This document shows positions 1 through 11,909 of a stretch of DNA of 64,000 bases, in pieces. Numbering within the stretch: the first letter of the stretch is position 1; every line of letters starts with the position of its first letter. Below the pieces are notes generated by a model. The model was given only the letters and a program-made list of their open reading frames with translations. It was not told where the DNA came from and made no database searches. The stretch is from Eledone cirrhosa. Lineage: Eukaryota. The position numbers and the translations under genes are program-made. The stretch covers positions 43,834,001-43,898,000 of the forward strand of contig OZ024756.1 in assembly GCA_964016885.1 (NCBI GenBank). Reading direction: 5' to 3'.

Positions 1-26
1 GATGGATTGCAATGAGTCACACATGC

Positions 27-59
<33 letters not shown>

Positions 60-60
60 T

Positions 61-120
<60 letters not shown>

Positions 121-281
121 TGTTGTTGTTGTTGTTGTTGCTACTGTTAATTTGTCGCCCTAATGATAATGTTGCTGTTAGAAATGGTACTGTTTATATA
201 TATATATAATAATTATATATATATATAATTGTTGGGTAGACTATTTATACTTTCGGATGGATTGCAATGAGTCACACATGC

Positions 282-317
<36 letters not shown>

Positions 318-318
318 T

Positions 319-381
<63 letters not shown>

Positions 382-452
382 TGTTGTTGTTGTTGTTGTT
401 GCTACTGTTAATTTGTCGCCCTAATGATAATGTTGCTGTTAGAAATGGTACT

Positions 453-470
<18 letters not shown>
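1..470. repeat. Tandem duplication of a ~255-bp unit containing (TTG)n
   Basis: gatggattgcaatgagtcacacatgc...(ttg)n...gctactgttaatttgtcgccctaatgataatgttgctgttagaaatggtactgttt occurs at 1 and again at ~256, nearly identical. Confidence 0.85.
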
Positions 471-504
<34 letters not shown>

Positions 505-589
505 CTCTAATATTTCTAATGTATATGTGTGTGTGTGTGTAGATATATATATATATACAATGTAAATCTCTCTCTCTCCCTCTCTCTCC

Positions 590-649
<60 letters not shown>

Positions 650-656
<7 letters not shown>

Positions 657-815
657 TTTCTACTTTTGGCACAAGGCCAGCAATTATTCCAGTGTATTAC
701 TGGTACTTTATTTTATCCACCCCGTAAAGATGAAAGGCAAAGTTAACCTCGGCGGGATTTGAACTCAGACCGTAAAGGGCCGTAATTCTTCGCTGCAAAG
801 CATGGCGTCCGACCT
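650..815 (-). mobile_element. tRNA-derived SINE, family A
   Basis: The minus strand has the B box GAGTTCAAATCC and the central motif CTTTGCCTTTCATC..CGGGGT.GATAAAATAAAGTACCAGTA. It matches more than 15 other copies in the window. Confidence 0.85.
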
Positions 816-1149
816 TTTACGGGCATAATAAACATATAAAAGTCTCGCTACAAATATTTCAATATTCTAAGCCGTGATCATGTCACAACTACCTCAGTAG
901 CCGCGAGAGAATGTCAGACAAGTGTTTCTGGATTTTTATCCATTATCGGTGACGTTTAATGATCATAGCCTTAAATATTCATAGCGAGATATTTCTATGT
1001 TTATTATACATAGACATTGAATATATCTTCATACATACCTGTATTGTGAATCAAGGTATGCTAGTATTACTGATAATTAATCCTAATACAGTGCTCAATA
1101 CATAAAACTACAACAAAAGATGTTTATACAGGGATAAACAGAGTTTAAA

Positions 1150-1280
1150 TCTCACCGAGATCAACTTCGCCTTTTACCATTCCAAGGGTTGATAGAATAA
1201 AGTACCAGTCAAGTACTGGGGTAGCTTTAATCAACTTTGTCCTTCCTCCAAAACTTGCCGGCCTTGTGCGTAAATCAGAT
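1150..1280 (+). mobile_element. SINE family A, diverged copy
   Basis: caacttcgccttttaccattccaagggttgatagaataaagtaccagtcaagtactgggg...gccggccttgtgc matches the family core and tail. Confidence 0.65.
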
Positions 1281-1337
1281 ATCAATATGAGTATAAATAT
1301 TTTAAATTAGGAATTTTGTATCATAAATCCAGGTTGA

Positions 1338-1460
1338 TTTCAGACCGGTTCTAGACCGGTTCCAGACCAGTTCCAGACCGGTTCCAGGCGGGTTCCAGAC
1401 AGGTTCCAGATCGGTTCCAGATCGGTTCCAGACCGGTTCCAGGCGGGTTCCAGGAGGGTT
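1338..1460. repeat. 11-bp minisatellite (GGTTCCAGACC)n
   Basis: About 10 degenerate tandem units are visible. Confidence 0.85.
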
Positions 1461-1754
1461 GGTATCAAAATCGGTTAAAGCACATTGAAAAAAAGGAAAA
1501 GGATCTCTGACCCACTTCTTGGAATGTTTCCGTAAATGTAGTTACTCTATATTTACATTCTACGTTGTCCCTACAAATGTTGTGACATTGTTCTGGTGTC
1601 AGTGAAATTTATGGCCGTAAATCATTTCTCGCTTGGATGGTGGCAGGTAATATATATTGCGTCGCTTCTCAACTTACTTCAATCCTGACTACGTTTTCTC
1701 TTCCTCTCCATCCTTGCACCCTCCCAACAGATGTAGCCCTACAAACGGTTTTAT

Positions 1755-1995
1755 AGATATGGACCTACAGTGGTGGAGCTACAGATGTGGAACTACAGTT
1801 GTGGATACAGAGACGGTAACTTACAGATGTGGAGCTACAGATATGGACCTACAGTTGTGGAACTACAGATGTTGAGTTACATATATAAACCCATAGATGT
1901 GGATTTACAGAGGGTAGCCTACAGATGTAAACCTAGAAATGTGGACATACTGTTGTGGACCCACAGATGGTGATCTATAGATGGGGAACAACAGA

Positions 1996-2000
<5 letters not shown>
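1755..2000. repeat. Degenerate 14-bp minisatellite (AGATGTGGAACTAC-like)
   Basis: Recurring gatgtggagctaca / gatatggacctaca units. Confidence 0.75.
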
Positions 2001-2045
<45 letters not shown>

Positions 2046-2285
2046 AGTTAAACAAGATTCAATGAATACATCAAAGAATGAGTTTTAGAATAGGTTGGAA
2101 GCACTCTACTGCAAAAATAATTTCCAGAGTTATTAATATTAATTCCAAATATTAACAAAATAGATATTTTTGTGATCAATTATATTTTATTATACTCTGA
2201 AATATGTATAATAAAATATAATTGATCACAAGAATATCTATTTTGTTAATATTTGGAATTAATATTATATATATATATATATATA

Positions 2286-2475
2286 TAATTGTTTCTACTA
2301 TTGGCACAAGGCCAGCAATTATCCCAGTGTATTGCTGGTACTTTATTTTATCGACCTCGTAAGGTTGAAAGGAAAAGTTAACCTCGGCGGGATTTGAACT
2401 CAGAATGGCAAGGGCCGTAACTCTATGCGTCAAAGCATGGCGTCCGACTCTCTACCGATACTGCCAATTCACCGC
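2286..2475 (-). mobile_element. SINE family A, near full length
   Basis: The minus strand has the A box TGGCAGTATCGG, the B box GAGTTCAAATCC, the central motif and the tail gccttgtgccaatagtagaaacaattat. Confidence 0.88.
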
Positions 2476-2562
2476 CCTATATATATATAATGCGTAGAAA
2501 TATCCATGATCCCCAGCAGATAACTGATGAAGGGATTGTACTCCGTTTGTGCTTTCCTCTTA

Positions 2563-2633
<71 letters not shown>

Positions 2634-2852
2634 CGTGTGTGTGTGTGTGTTAAGGTCAAGCGTGGGTCCTATGACATTAGAGGTTCTCTCCTGTGACCGC
2701 AAGGTAACAAGGTCGTCAGAGTAACAAAACTCAAGCTTGGCCTTAATAAAGATTATGTTAATCTCCACTATGTCATTGATTACTGATTCTCGTGACCATC
2801 AAAACTAAGCATACACGTATATATGTGTGTGTGTGTGTGTGTGTGTGCACTT

Positions 2853-2951
<99 letters not shown>

Positions 2952-3064
2952 CACACACAGACACACACACACACATACATACACTCGGTCATTCGTGCAC
3001 ATGCTGTTAACATAGCAACGTAGATGTACCTACACTGTCTGACATCTGCCCTTCATTACTACTG

Positions 3065-3455
3065 CAACAACAACAACAACACCATACCACCACCACCACA
3101 ACAACAACAACAATAACACCACCACCATACCACCATACCACCACCACAACAACACCATGCCACCACATCAGCACCACCATACCACCACCACTACAACAAC
3201 AACAACACCATACCACTACCACAACAACACCATGCCACCACATCAGCACCACCATACCACCACCACTACAACAACAACAACACCATACCACCACCACAAC
3301 AACACCATGCCACCACATCAGCACCACCATACCACCACCACTACAACAACAACAACACCATACCACCACCACAACAACACCATGCCACCACTTCAGCACC
3401 ACCATACCACCACCACCACCACCACAACCACCACCACAACAACAACAACAACAAG
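3065..3455. repeat. CCA/CAA-rich repeat with a 75-bp higher-order period
   Basis: atgccaccacatcagcaccaccat recurs at 3157, 3232 and 3307, with a one-base variant at 3382. Confidence 0.85.
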
Positions 3456-3809
3456 TTCAACAATCTCCCAAAGAAATATAAAATAACCCCCAATAACGTA
3501 TATTTTCAGTGAAGCATCATTGACAAATGTTTCGCTTCATAATTTCCAGTGAACGCCATTTAATGTGACTATCAGAGCCATCTGTCGGGGGAACATGTGT
3601 TGACTGATGTCAAACGAACTGGAAGTTTAAAGTTTATGGTGACCACGACATTAAACAAAGTTTGCATGAATAGGTTACTTGTGAGTGTATGTATGTGTAT
3701 GTATGTATGTATGTATGTATGTGTGTGTGTGTGTGCATGTGTGTGTGTTTGTGTTTCTGGCAAGATCTGCGCATACATCTGTATAAATAGATCTATCTAT
3801 CTATTTCTC

Positions 3810-3896
<87 letters not shown>

Positions 3897-4179
3897 TCTC
3901 TCACTCTCCCTCTCTCTATCTATCTATGTATCTATCTGTGTATATATGTGTGTTTTTGTGTGTGTGACTGCATGTGTGTTTATATACTTATGTTTTGCAT
4001 ATATAAAATGTGTCCCTTACAACTCCACCCAATAATACCACCAACCCAATCCAACCATGACCAGCCATACAATTACTCACCCACAAAACATAACTTGTTA
4101 ACACACTAAAATAATTGTTTCTACTTTTGGCACAACTTCCAAATAATTCTAATTTAATCAACAAAACTTGAAACCTAAT

Positions 4180-4960
4180 CCCAACCCACGGTACTGGTAT
4201 TAGCAGGAAAAACTCCGTCAGGCCACAATCGCCCTCAGTATCAAGTTTTCATCATAGGTTGTAGTACTGGATAAACTAGCACCATATATTCTGCAGAGTA
4301 ATTAAATTACCAATTCATAAACACACAATCATCAAAGTAACTGAAATCTTAAATAACCACACCATAAATCATGTTATTAGTCGTAGCAGGACAAATTTGA
4401 TCAGGCCACATTCGCCCTCAATATTAAGTTTCCATTAAAGGTTGTGGTTACTGGATAGATTAGCGCTATATATTCTACAAAGCACTACCATAAACCCAGT
4501 AAACAAACAAATATAATACTAAATAAATCCTTATATTTAGAACCAGAAATAAAACCGTATGAGGGTCGACAAGTTGTGTGCATACATGTTGTATGCTACA
4601 GTTTAAAGCTATATTAGCTTTCAACCGCCATTTTTCTTCTTCCACCAACATACATCAACTTTCCCCCAGAAGCCTGCTAGACTGCCATTACTTCCCAGTT
4701 CTCATTTTCAATTCCTATCTTAGATCTCTATTGAATATTTCCTTATATCTCTTTCTAAGTTTCGCAGGTATCTCTTATAAGCCATTACCTCTCTAAAGAA
4801 AGCTTGCTTAGAAGGAACCGTCAAATCATTCAACTGCGAAACATGAGCAGCAGATCTCATTCTAGTTTTTATGAGACATGTCTTGTTTGCCCAAAGACCA
4901 CCCAAGCTCTTCTATATCGGGTGTCATATTCTTCCAAGCTATAGCCAATAAACTCAGACA
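4180..4960 (-). mobile_element. Decayed Penelope-like element fragment (GIY-YIG C-terminal-like remnant plus two diverged ~100-bp direct repeats)
   Basis: Frameshifted minus-strand pieces NWEVMA...CMLVEEEKWRL resemble the KWEIL...C.LC.EEK..I tail of PLE endonucleases. Downstream direct repeats at ~4198-4297 and ~4381-4480 resemble tandem pLTRs. Confidence 0.4.
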
Positions 4961-5161
4961 TTTTGGTGGGAAGTTTATATCTCACATCGTATATAAAGAA
5001 GCGTTGTAATGTCACAAGCATCAAAAATATCCAACTTAATACTTGTATGTATGTATGTATGTATGTATGTATGTATGTATGTATGTATGTATGTATGTAT
5101 GTATGTATGTATGTATGTGTGTACGTATATATGTATATATGTACGTATGTATGTGTGAGTG

Positions 5162-5207
<46 letters not shown>

Positions 5208-5208
<1 letters not shown>

Positions 5209-6074
5209 GAGGTGTGTCAGAAAAGTTCCAGGACTGATGTCACAAAAAATTTATTCCAAATTTATTCCAAACCTAAACTTCACACTAAGAGTTTTCTCCT
5301 TCAAAGTAATCCCCTGGAGTCTAATGCACTTTCCCATCATTTTCTGCCAAACTTGCATGCACTCCTGGAAGGATTCTTCCGGGATCCTCCGCAGTTCCGT
5401 CGTCACGGCCTTTTTGGTGTCGTCCACGTCTTCAAAACGGGTCCCCTCCGGGTCGTACACGAAGATCCATGCCTCATCACCATGACTGTCCCTAGCAAGT
5501 CTGGTTCGGTTTCAAGACGCTCGAGGATGTCCTGGCACACTTGCATGAGTCGACCCTTCTGGTCAATGTTCAGCAGTTTTGGCACCATCTTCGCGCAGAC
5601 TTTCCGCATGTCCAAATATTCAGTGAGAATCTTCCAGACGCTGTCCCGATTCATGCCCAGCTCATTTACCATCAGTCGAACAGTCAACCGACGATCGCTA
5701 CGCACCATCTGCCTGACGCGCTCAACGTTGACCTCAGTCCTGGTTGTTGAGGGCCTTCCGCTCCTGGGATCATCTTGCACCACTCAAAAACACGTGAGCG
5801 TGACATCGTCTTATCTCCATACACTTGCTGCAGCAATCCCAGTGCTTCTGACGAAGTTTCCCCCAACCGTACCAGAAACTTCAAGTTTGTTCGTTGCTCT
5901 GTGCTCATTGCTTGACGACCTAAAACAGAGGAGATGTATATAAAATTATGAAGAAAAAAGTTTGATCGCTGCAGAGAGCTTAGGTTACAGTTACATACTC
6001 CAGGGGGATTACTTTGAAGGAGAAAACTCTTAGTGTGAAGTTTGGGTTTGAAATAAATCTTTTGACACACCTCG
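5208..6074 (-). mobile_element. Mariner transposon, internally deleted and non-autonomous
   Basis: TA target-site duplication, TIR cgaggtgtgtca..aaag / cttttgacacacctcg, and ~110-bp imperfect inverted ends. Transposase remnants are MSTEQRTNLKFLVRLG..SRSRVFEW, DDPRSGRPST, MRKVCAKMVPKLL and YDPE|GTRFEDVDD, with frameshifts and the catalytic middle missing. Confidence 0.95.
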
Positions 6075-6129
6075 TATATATGTGTATATATATATATATA
6101 TATACCCAATCTATTGGGGTCACCATCAA

Positions 6130-6400
6130 CAATTTCAAGGGATGTACGTTTAAGTAGGGACGATATAGTCTATAAAGAGAGGTAACTCTTTCAAAATACT
6201 AAATAGTTGTCTCTCATGAACATTGTAGACAAAATTGCCGACAAAAAGGGCTTAAAGTTTTAGTGAAAAAAACGCCTTTAAACAGCAGAAAATTGAAAAT
6301 TAAAGCTGCAGTTAATATCTTTAGATCGCAAGGAATATATAAATGCAAGTTTGAAGTCATTCGGAGTAGAAATGTGGATTTGTATAGACTTTGCAAAAAT
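6130..6400 (+). mobile_element. Possible decayed Penelope-type reverse transcriptase fragment
   Basis: RLSRDDIV followed by VNIFRSQGIYKCKFEVIRSRNVDLY resembles the LYRDDG...KIFKxxGLKITIE..K.VDFLD region. It is interrupted by stops. Confidence 0.3.
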
Positions 6401-6590
6401 TATATATATAAATATATATATATAAATTATATATATATATATATATATGTATATCTATAATCTGTTATTTTAATAAATATTTGCTCTACGGTTCTTATAT
6501 ATTTGATATATATTATCCTTATCGAGCCCTCTTTGGATTTTAGTCTTCAAATTTATTATTACTATATATATATATATATGTGTGTGTGTG

Positions 6591-6621
<31 letters not shown>

Positions 6622-6631
6622 GTATATAGGC

Positions 6632-6724
<93 letters not shown>

Positions 6725-7199
6725 GAAAACATAGAAATTATTGTGAGCAAGAAGCCAACAGTATTCCATAATATATAAGTGACTATTACGTCAAAATGGA
6801 AAATAATTAACGTAAGATATGGGAAAATAATTCAAACTCAATTAAAAAAAAAAAATCAAGACAGAGATTTTATCCACAGATTTTGTGAAATCCAGGGGAA
6901 AAATCCAATAGAGTCTTAACTCTGAATAAAATAAAGCTTAAATACTCATCCTTCAATTTGGAAAAACTACAAATGCTCTATATAGTCTTAAAAAGACTAT
7001 TTCACGAAACTTTTCAGTGGGGATGGTCACGGTTGGAGTCGTTCGTCAGTAGAGCTCAAACACGATAACCCTAACCACTGCCAGAATATGCCAAAAAGGG
7101 AATTTAAAAGCAGGCTAGTTCACCTCGTGCGGAATTATAAAAATAAACACACATGGAGAGACATGGCTGGTAACGTCAGAATGAGACGAATGTCTATTT

Positions 7200-7284
7200 A
7201 GTGGTTTCTTGAAAGCAACCAAAATTGCTTTCATTCATCAGAATGATGGATGAAAGCAATTTTGGTTGCTTTCAAGAAACCACT
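7200..7284. repeat. Near-perfect palindrome, 41-bp arms, 3-nt loop
   Basis: agtggtttcttgaaagcaaccaaaattgctttcattcatca-gaa-tgatggatgaaagcaattttggttgctttcaagaaaccact, one mismatch. Confidence 0.95.
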
Positions 7285-7387
7285 GGTAAAGGAAATAATT
7301 ATCTTCTGTTGTTTATTACATAACTAATAAGCTCTGTAACCTACATAGGGCACTCTTTTTCCTGGACCTTTCCGACTGAATTACTTC

Positions 7388-7431
<44 letters not shown>

Positions 7432-7513
7432 GTTATTCCGGGTTGAATCGGAGGTAACCACAGTAAGTAAGGTACTCAATACATAGCAGAGTATAACAGT
7501 TTTAATATAGATG

Positions 7514-7564
7514 AGATTCTACAGGACTAGAACTGTTTCATTCATTAGAAATCATCAGGAATCT
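7514..7564 (-). ncRNA. Type I hammerhead ribozyme motif (inverted copy)
   Basis: Exact reverse complement of 7603-7653. Confidence 0.7.
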
Positions 7565-7602
7565 GGGTATCAAAAAATACCATATTTATTTTTTTGATAC
7601 CC

Positions 7603-7653
7603 AGATTCCTGATGATTTCTAATGAATGAAACAGTTCTAGTCCTGTAGAATCT
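7603..7653 (+). ncRNA. Type I hammerhead ribozyme motif
   Basis: AGATTC-CTGATGA-tTTCtaatGAAt-GAAA-CAGttctagtcCTG-TA-GAATCT. It has a 6-bp stem I, an intact core, a short stem II, stem III and a GUA cleavage triplet. Confidence 0.75.
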
Positions 7654-7665
7654 CATCTATATTAA

Positions 7666-7707
<42 letters not shown>

Positions 7708-8113
7708 ATATATGCATGATATGTAGATATATGTATGTATATATCAACGTATGTGTGTATATATGTGTGTGTGTGAATGTGTGTGCGTACACATCTAGTT
7801 ATATGCATATATGCACAGTTATGTAAATATTCAATAAATGCACGCCACCCATATGTATGTATATATATGTGTGTGTGTGTGTATGTATATATGTGTGTGT
7901 GGGGTGTGTGTGTGTGTGTATGTATGTGTGTATGTGTGTGTGTATGTGCACGTGTGTGTGGTGGGGGGGTGTATGTATGTATATGTGTGTGTGTGTATGT
8001 ATATGTGTGTGTGTATGTGTGTATGTGTGTGTGTATGTGCACGCGTGTGTGTAGGGGGGGTGTATGTGTGTGTGTGTGTGTGTGTATGTGTGTGTGTGTG
8101 TGTGTGTGTATGT

Positions 8114-8153
<40 letters not shown>

Positions 8154-8241
8154 ACCTGTGTGTGATATTTACATAGCTTCTGTAAACATCACGACCATTC
8201 TGTTGTTGAAATATTCACCAAAGCTGGGGTAAAAACTGGGA

Positions 8242-8272
<31 letters not shown>

Positions 8273-8345
8273 GGTAGTAGTAGTAGTAGTGGTGGTAGTA
8301 GTAGTAGTGGTGGTGGTGGTAGTAGTAGTAGTAGTGGTGGTGGTG

Positions 8346-8386
<41 letters not shown>

Positions 8387-8420
8387 GGTGGTGGTGGTGG
8401 TAGTAGTAGTGGTGGTGGTG

Positions 8421-8452
<32 letters not shown>

Positions 8453-8462
8453 CGTGGTAGTG

Positions 8463-8503
<41 letters not shown>

Positions 8504-8597
8504 GGTGGTGGTGGTAGTAGTGGTGGTGGTGGTAGTAGTAGTAGTAGTGGTGGTGGTGGTGGTGGTAGTCGTGGTAGTGGTAGTAGTAGTAGTAGTG

Positions 8598-8638
<41 letters not shown>

Positions 8639-8669
8639 GGTGGTGGTGGTGGTGGTGGTGGTGGTGGTG

Positions 8670-8710
<41 letters not shown>

Positions 8711-8749
8711 GGTGGTAGTAGTGGTGGTGGTGGTAGTAGTAGTAGTAGC

Positions 8750-8829
<80 letters not shown>

Positions 8830-8879
8830 TAGTGGTAGTAGTGGTAGTAGTAGTAGCAGTAGTAGTAGTGGTAGTAGTG

Positions 8880-8910
<31 letters not shown>

Positions 8911-8933
8911 TAGTGGTAGTAGTGGTAGTAGTG
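8242..8933. repeat. (GTA/GTG)n trinucleotide microsatellite, ~690 bp
   Basis: Direct reading; it is the source of the poly-T/V/L ORFs. Confidence 0.95.
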
Positions 8934-9469
8934 TTCCTTGAGAAGAGGGGAGAGGGAGATGACATTTTAGATAATTAACCATTTATAATAAACATTTGCC
9001 ATTGATCCATTTAAGGTCGTTAAAAAGTACCAGTCATACACTGGGGCCGATTCTTCCTCTCTATCTCTTTCCCTCTTCCATTCTCTGTGAGAAATCTGTT
9101 GTATTGAGACCTGGAGATGGGCTGAGCCAGGTTTTACAAGGAAGGCCCCAGAAACTCTCTATGTTAATATGGGGCACCTATGGCTTTCTCAGGAGTTGCG
9201 GGATCTCCCCCACACCACCACACCTCTCTACCCCCTCCCCCACATATCTCTCTCTTCTGTTCTTTCTTACACCAGCCTACCTCGCCAACTTGCGCGTTTC
9301 AGATCTCTCTCTCTCTCTCCCTACCTGTCTATATCTCCCCTCCACCCCTTTCTCTTCACCTCACTGTCTTTCACCTTCTCTCCCCTCCCTCTCCATAAAA
9401 CATAAAGGTAAGATATATTTCTGGAGAATCAGAGCGATCAGATTAAGAGATATCAAAGGGGAGGTTTGC

Positions 9470-10310
9470 TAGGTGGCTGGGTGGCTGGGTGGCTGGTTGG
9501 GTGGCTGGGTGGTTGGGTGGCTGGGTGGTTGGGTGGCTGGGTGGCTGGGTGGCTGGGGGTGGCTGGGTGGGTGGTTGGGTGGCTGGGTGGCTGGGTGGCT
9601 GGCTAGGTGGCTGGCTAGGTGGCTGGGTGGGTGGCTAGGTGGCTGGGTGGGTGGCTGGGTGGCTGGGTGGGTGACTGGGTGGCTGGCTAGGTGGCTGGGT
9701 GGCTGGGTGGCTGGGTGGTTGGGTGGCTGGGTGGGTGGTTAGGTGGGTGGATGGATGGCTGGGTGGATGGGTGGCTGTCTGGGTGGATGCGTGGGTGACT
9801 GGGTGGCTGGTTGGGTGGCTGGGTGGCTGGGTGGTTGGGTGGCTGGGTGGTTGGTTGGGTGGGTGGCTGGGTGGGTGGTTGGGTGGGTGGCTGGCTGGGT
9901 GGCTGGGTGGATGGGTGGATGGGTGGCTGTCTGGGTGGATGCGTCGGTGACTGGGTGGCTGGTTGGGTGGCTGGGTGGGTGGTTGGGTGGCTGGCTGGGT
10001 GGCTCTCTGGGTGACTGGGTGGGTGACTGGGTGGCTGGGTGGCTAGCTGGGTGGATGGCTGGGTGACTGGGTGGCAGTGGCTGGATGGGTGGCAGTGGGT
10101 GTCTGGGTGAGTGGGTGGGTGGGTGGCTGGGTGGCTGGGTGGCTAGCTGGGTGGCTGGCTGGGTGACTGGGTGGCAGTGGCTGGGTGGCTGGGTGGCTGG
10201 CTGGGTGGCAGTGAGTGGCTGGGTGACTGGGTGGGTGGTTGGGTGGCTGGGGTGCTGGGGTGCTGGGGTGCTCAGTGGCTGGGTGGCTGGGTGGCTGGGG
10301 TGCTGTCTAG
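9470..10310. repeat. (GGGTGGCT)n-like G-rich satellite
   Basis: Degenerate 4/8-bp G-tract units over ~840 bp. Confidence 0.9.
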
Positions 10311-10449
10311 ATGGCTAACGGTGTTAGATTAAGAGATAGAAAGGCCCATGTGCGTGGAAGGGGAGAGGAAGGGCATTCAAGTGAATCTTTTATCGGATCC
10401 GTTATCGGACCCAGATTAAGAGATATCAGAGGGTTTGATGGATGTCGGG

Positions 10450-10682
10450 TGTAGAGGTGTGTGGTGGTGAGGAGGTGTGTGGTGTAGGGTGTAGGGTGTA
10501 GAGGAGGTGTGTGGTGTAGGGTGTAGAGTGTAGAGGAGGTGTGTGGTGTAGGGTGTATGTGTAGAGGAGGTGTGTGGTGTAGGGTGTAGGGTGTAGAGGA
10601 GGTGTGTGGTGTAGGGTGTTGGGTGTAGAGGAGGTGTGTGGTGTAGGGTGTAGGGTGTAGAGGAGGTGTGTGGTGTAGGGAG
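10450..10682. repeat. ~32-bp minisatellite GAGGAGGTGTGTGGTGTAGGGTGTAGGGTGTA
   Basis: About 7 tandem units. Confidence 0.85.
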
Positions 10683-10745
10683 TAAGATACATGAGTGTAC
10701 AGGTATGTTTTCATGCTGAAACGGCTCTCATATTTGCCTTGTGTG

Positions 10746-10820
<75 letters not shown>

Positions 10821-11378
10821 CATGCATATATACATACATGGTGGCTGCCAACTCGTTTTCGAGTACAGCCACTACTTTATATCCATGTAGGAGAACCCCT
10901 GCCGATGCGCTGAACGAGTGTGACTTTTTAGTCCAGCCAGCGACTTGAAAAACTCTGGTACAAACACTACACTTGTGACAATTATTGACACATAGTGCTG
11001 GGCCCATGGTACCATGTGACGACATGGTACCATGTGATCTCCAGATATAAAGCAATGCCTGTGCCATGAAGCTTTTATAGTGAGCAAAGGCACTGCACAA
11101 AGCCAGTCTCACTCTCTTAACCAAGATGATATTCACCAAAAGAAGAACAAGTCAACATCATTGGATACCATCAGAGTTGCAGGTGTTATATCAAAGTTTT
11201 CCTTCTCCTAGAATTCTGCCTTGACAAAGGCTAAGGGGTCATCTCTCCTGGTGATTTTGGATGGCCATACCTACATACATACATACATACATACATACAA
11301 ACATACATACATACATACATACATTAAATGAGGTGCAACAGAAATGAAACATGGATTGCAGGTTAAAATATAGTCTAG

Positions 11379-11909
11379 ATAGATGTGAAATAAAACGAGG
11401 ATGTTGTTTATGGAACACCTAAATGATTTAGAAGTCGACCTTAAGTAGGAGCAATAACATTAAGAAATATATGACTGACACCGCATCACTTTGTTTTGAA
11501 AATTTTGAAAGTAGGTTTATAATTATGAATTTTCAAAAGATGTTCGTAGTTGTCTCTGTGGCCTAGTGGGAGGTACTAGAGACGGTGGGGATCTTGGTCT
11601 TGGGTTCAATCCCGGTCAAGAGATACACGTAATATTTTTTCAGTTTTTATTTTACAACCAATAGGAAAAAACTGAAAAGGTTTACCGGGAACCCGACTCC
11701 CGACCAGTATCGAACTTCAGACCAGGATCACCACCGTCCATGACTCCTCCAACTACGCCACCGACACAGCTACAAAAGTATAATGAAAATTGATAATTAT
11801 AAACCTACTTTCAAAATCAAAGTTAAAAAGATGTGGTGTCGTTCATGGCTTTCCTAGAGCCATTAGTCATATTTGGTAGTTTATCCCCAAACTACCATAA
11901 CACATCTAT
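11379..11909. mobile_element. Fold-back (MITE-like) element with two convergent tRNA-like cassettes
   Basis: Ends atagatgtg/cacatctat and inner inverted repeat ttttgaaagtaggtttataattat / ataattataaacctactttcaaaa. A/B boxes on + (TGGCCTAGTGG, GGTTCAATCCC) and on - (TGGCGTAGTTGG, GTTCGATAC). A second copy is at 28899-29279. Confidence 0.75.

Larger units (their letters stand above)
7498..7669. repeat. Perfect palindrome, ~80-bp arms, each arm carrying a hammerhead motif
   Basis: 7498-7577 is the reverse complement of 7590-7669. Confidence 0.95.

Noticed and set aside
1-470. Duplicated small membrane-protein genes
   Set aside because: (TTG)n translation; the duplication may be local or an assembly artefact.
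2655-2725. Hammerhead on the minus strand (CTGACGA plus hairpin); also CTGATGA at 2524 and CTGAAGA at 44374
   Set aside because: No properly placed GAAA and stem I, so not counted.
4963-5943. 326-aa + strand ORF
   Set aside because: Microsatellite plus the antisense of the mariner transposase.
8189-8982. Poly-Thr/Val/Leu ORFs (mucin-like)
   Set aside because: Pure GTA/GTG trinucleotide repeat that is open in several frames, with no flanking domain.
11552-11623. Functional tRNA gene
   Set aside because: A and B boxes are present but there is no convincing anticodon arm, and it is part of a dispersed inverted-repeat element.
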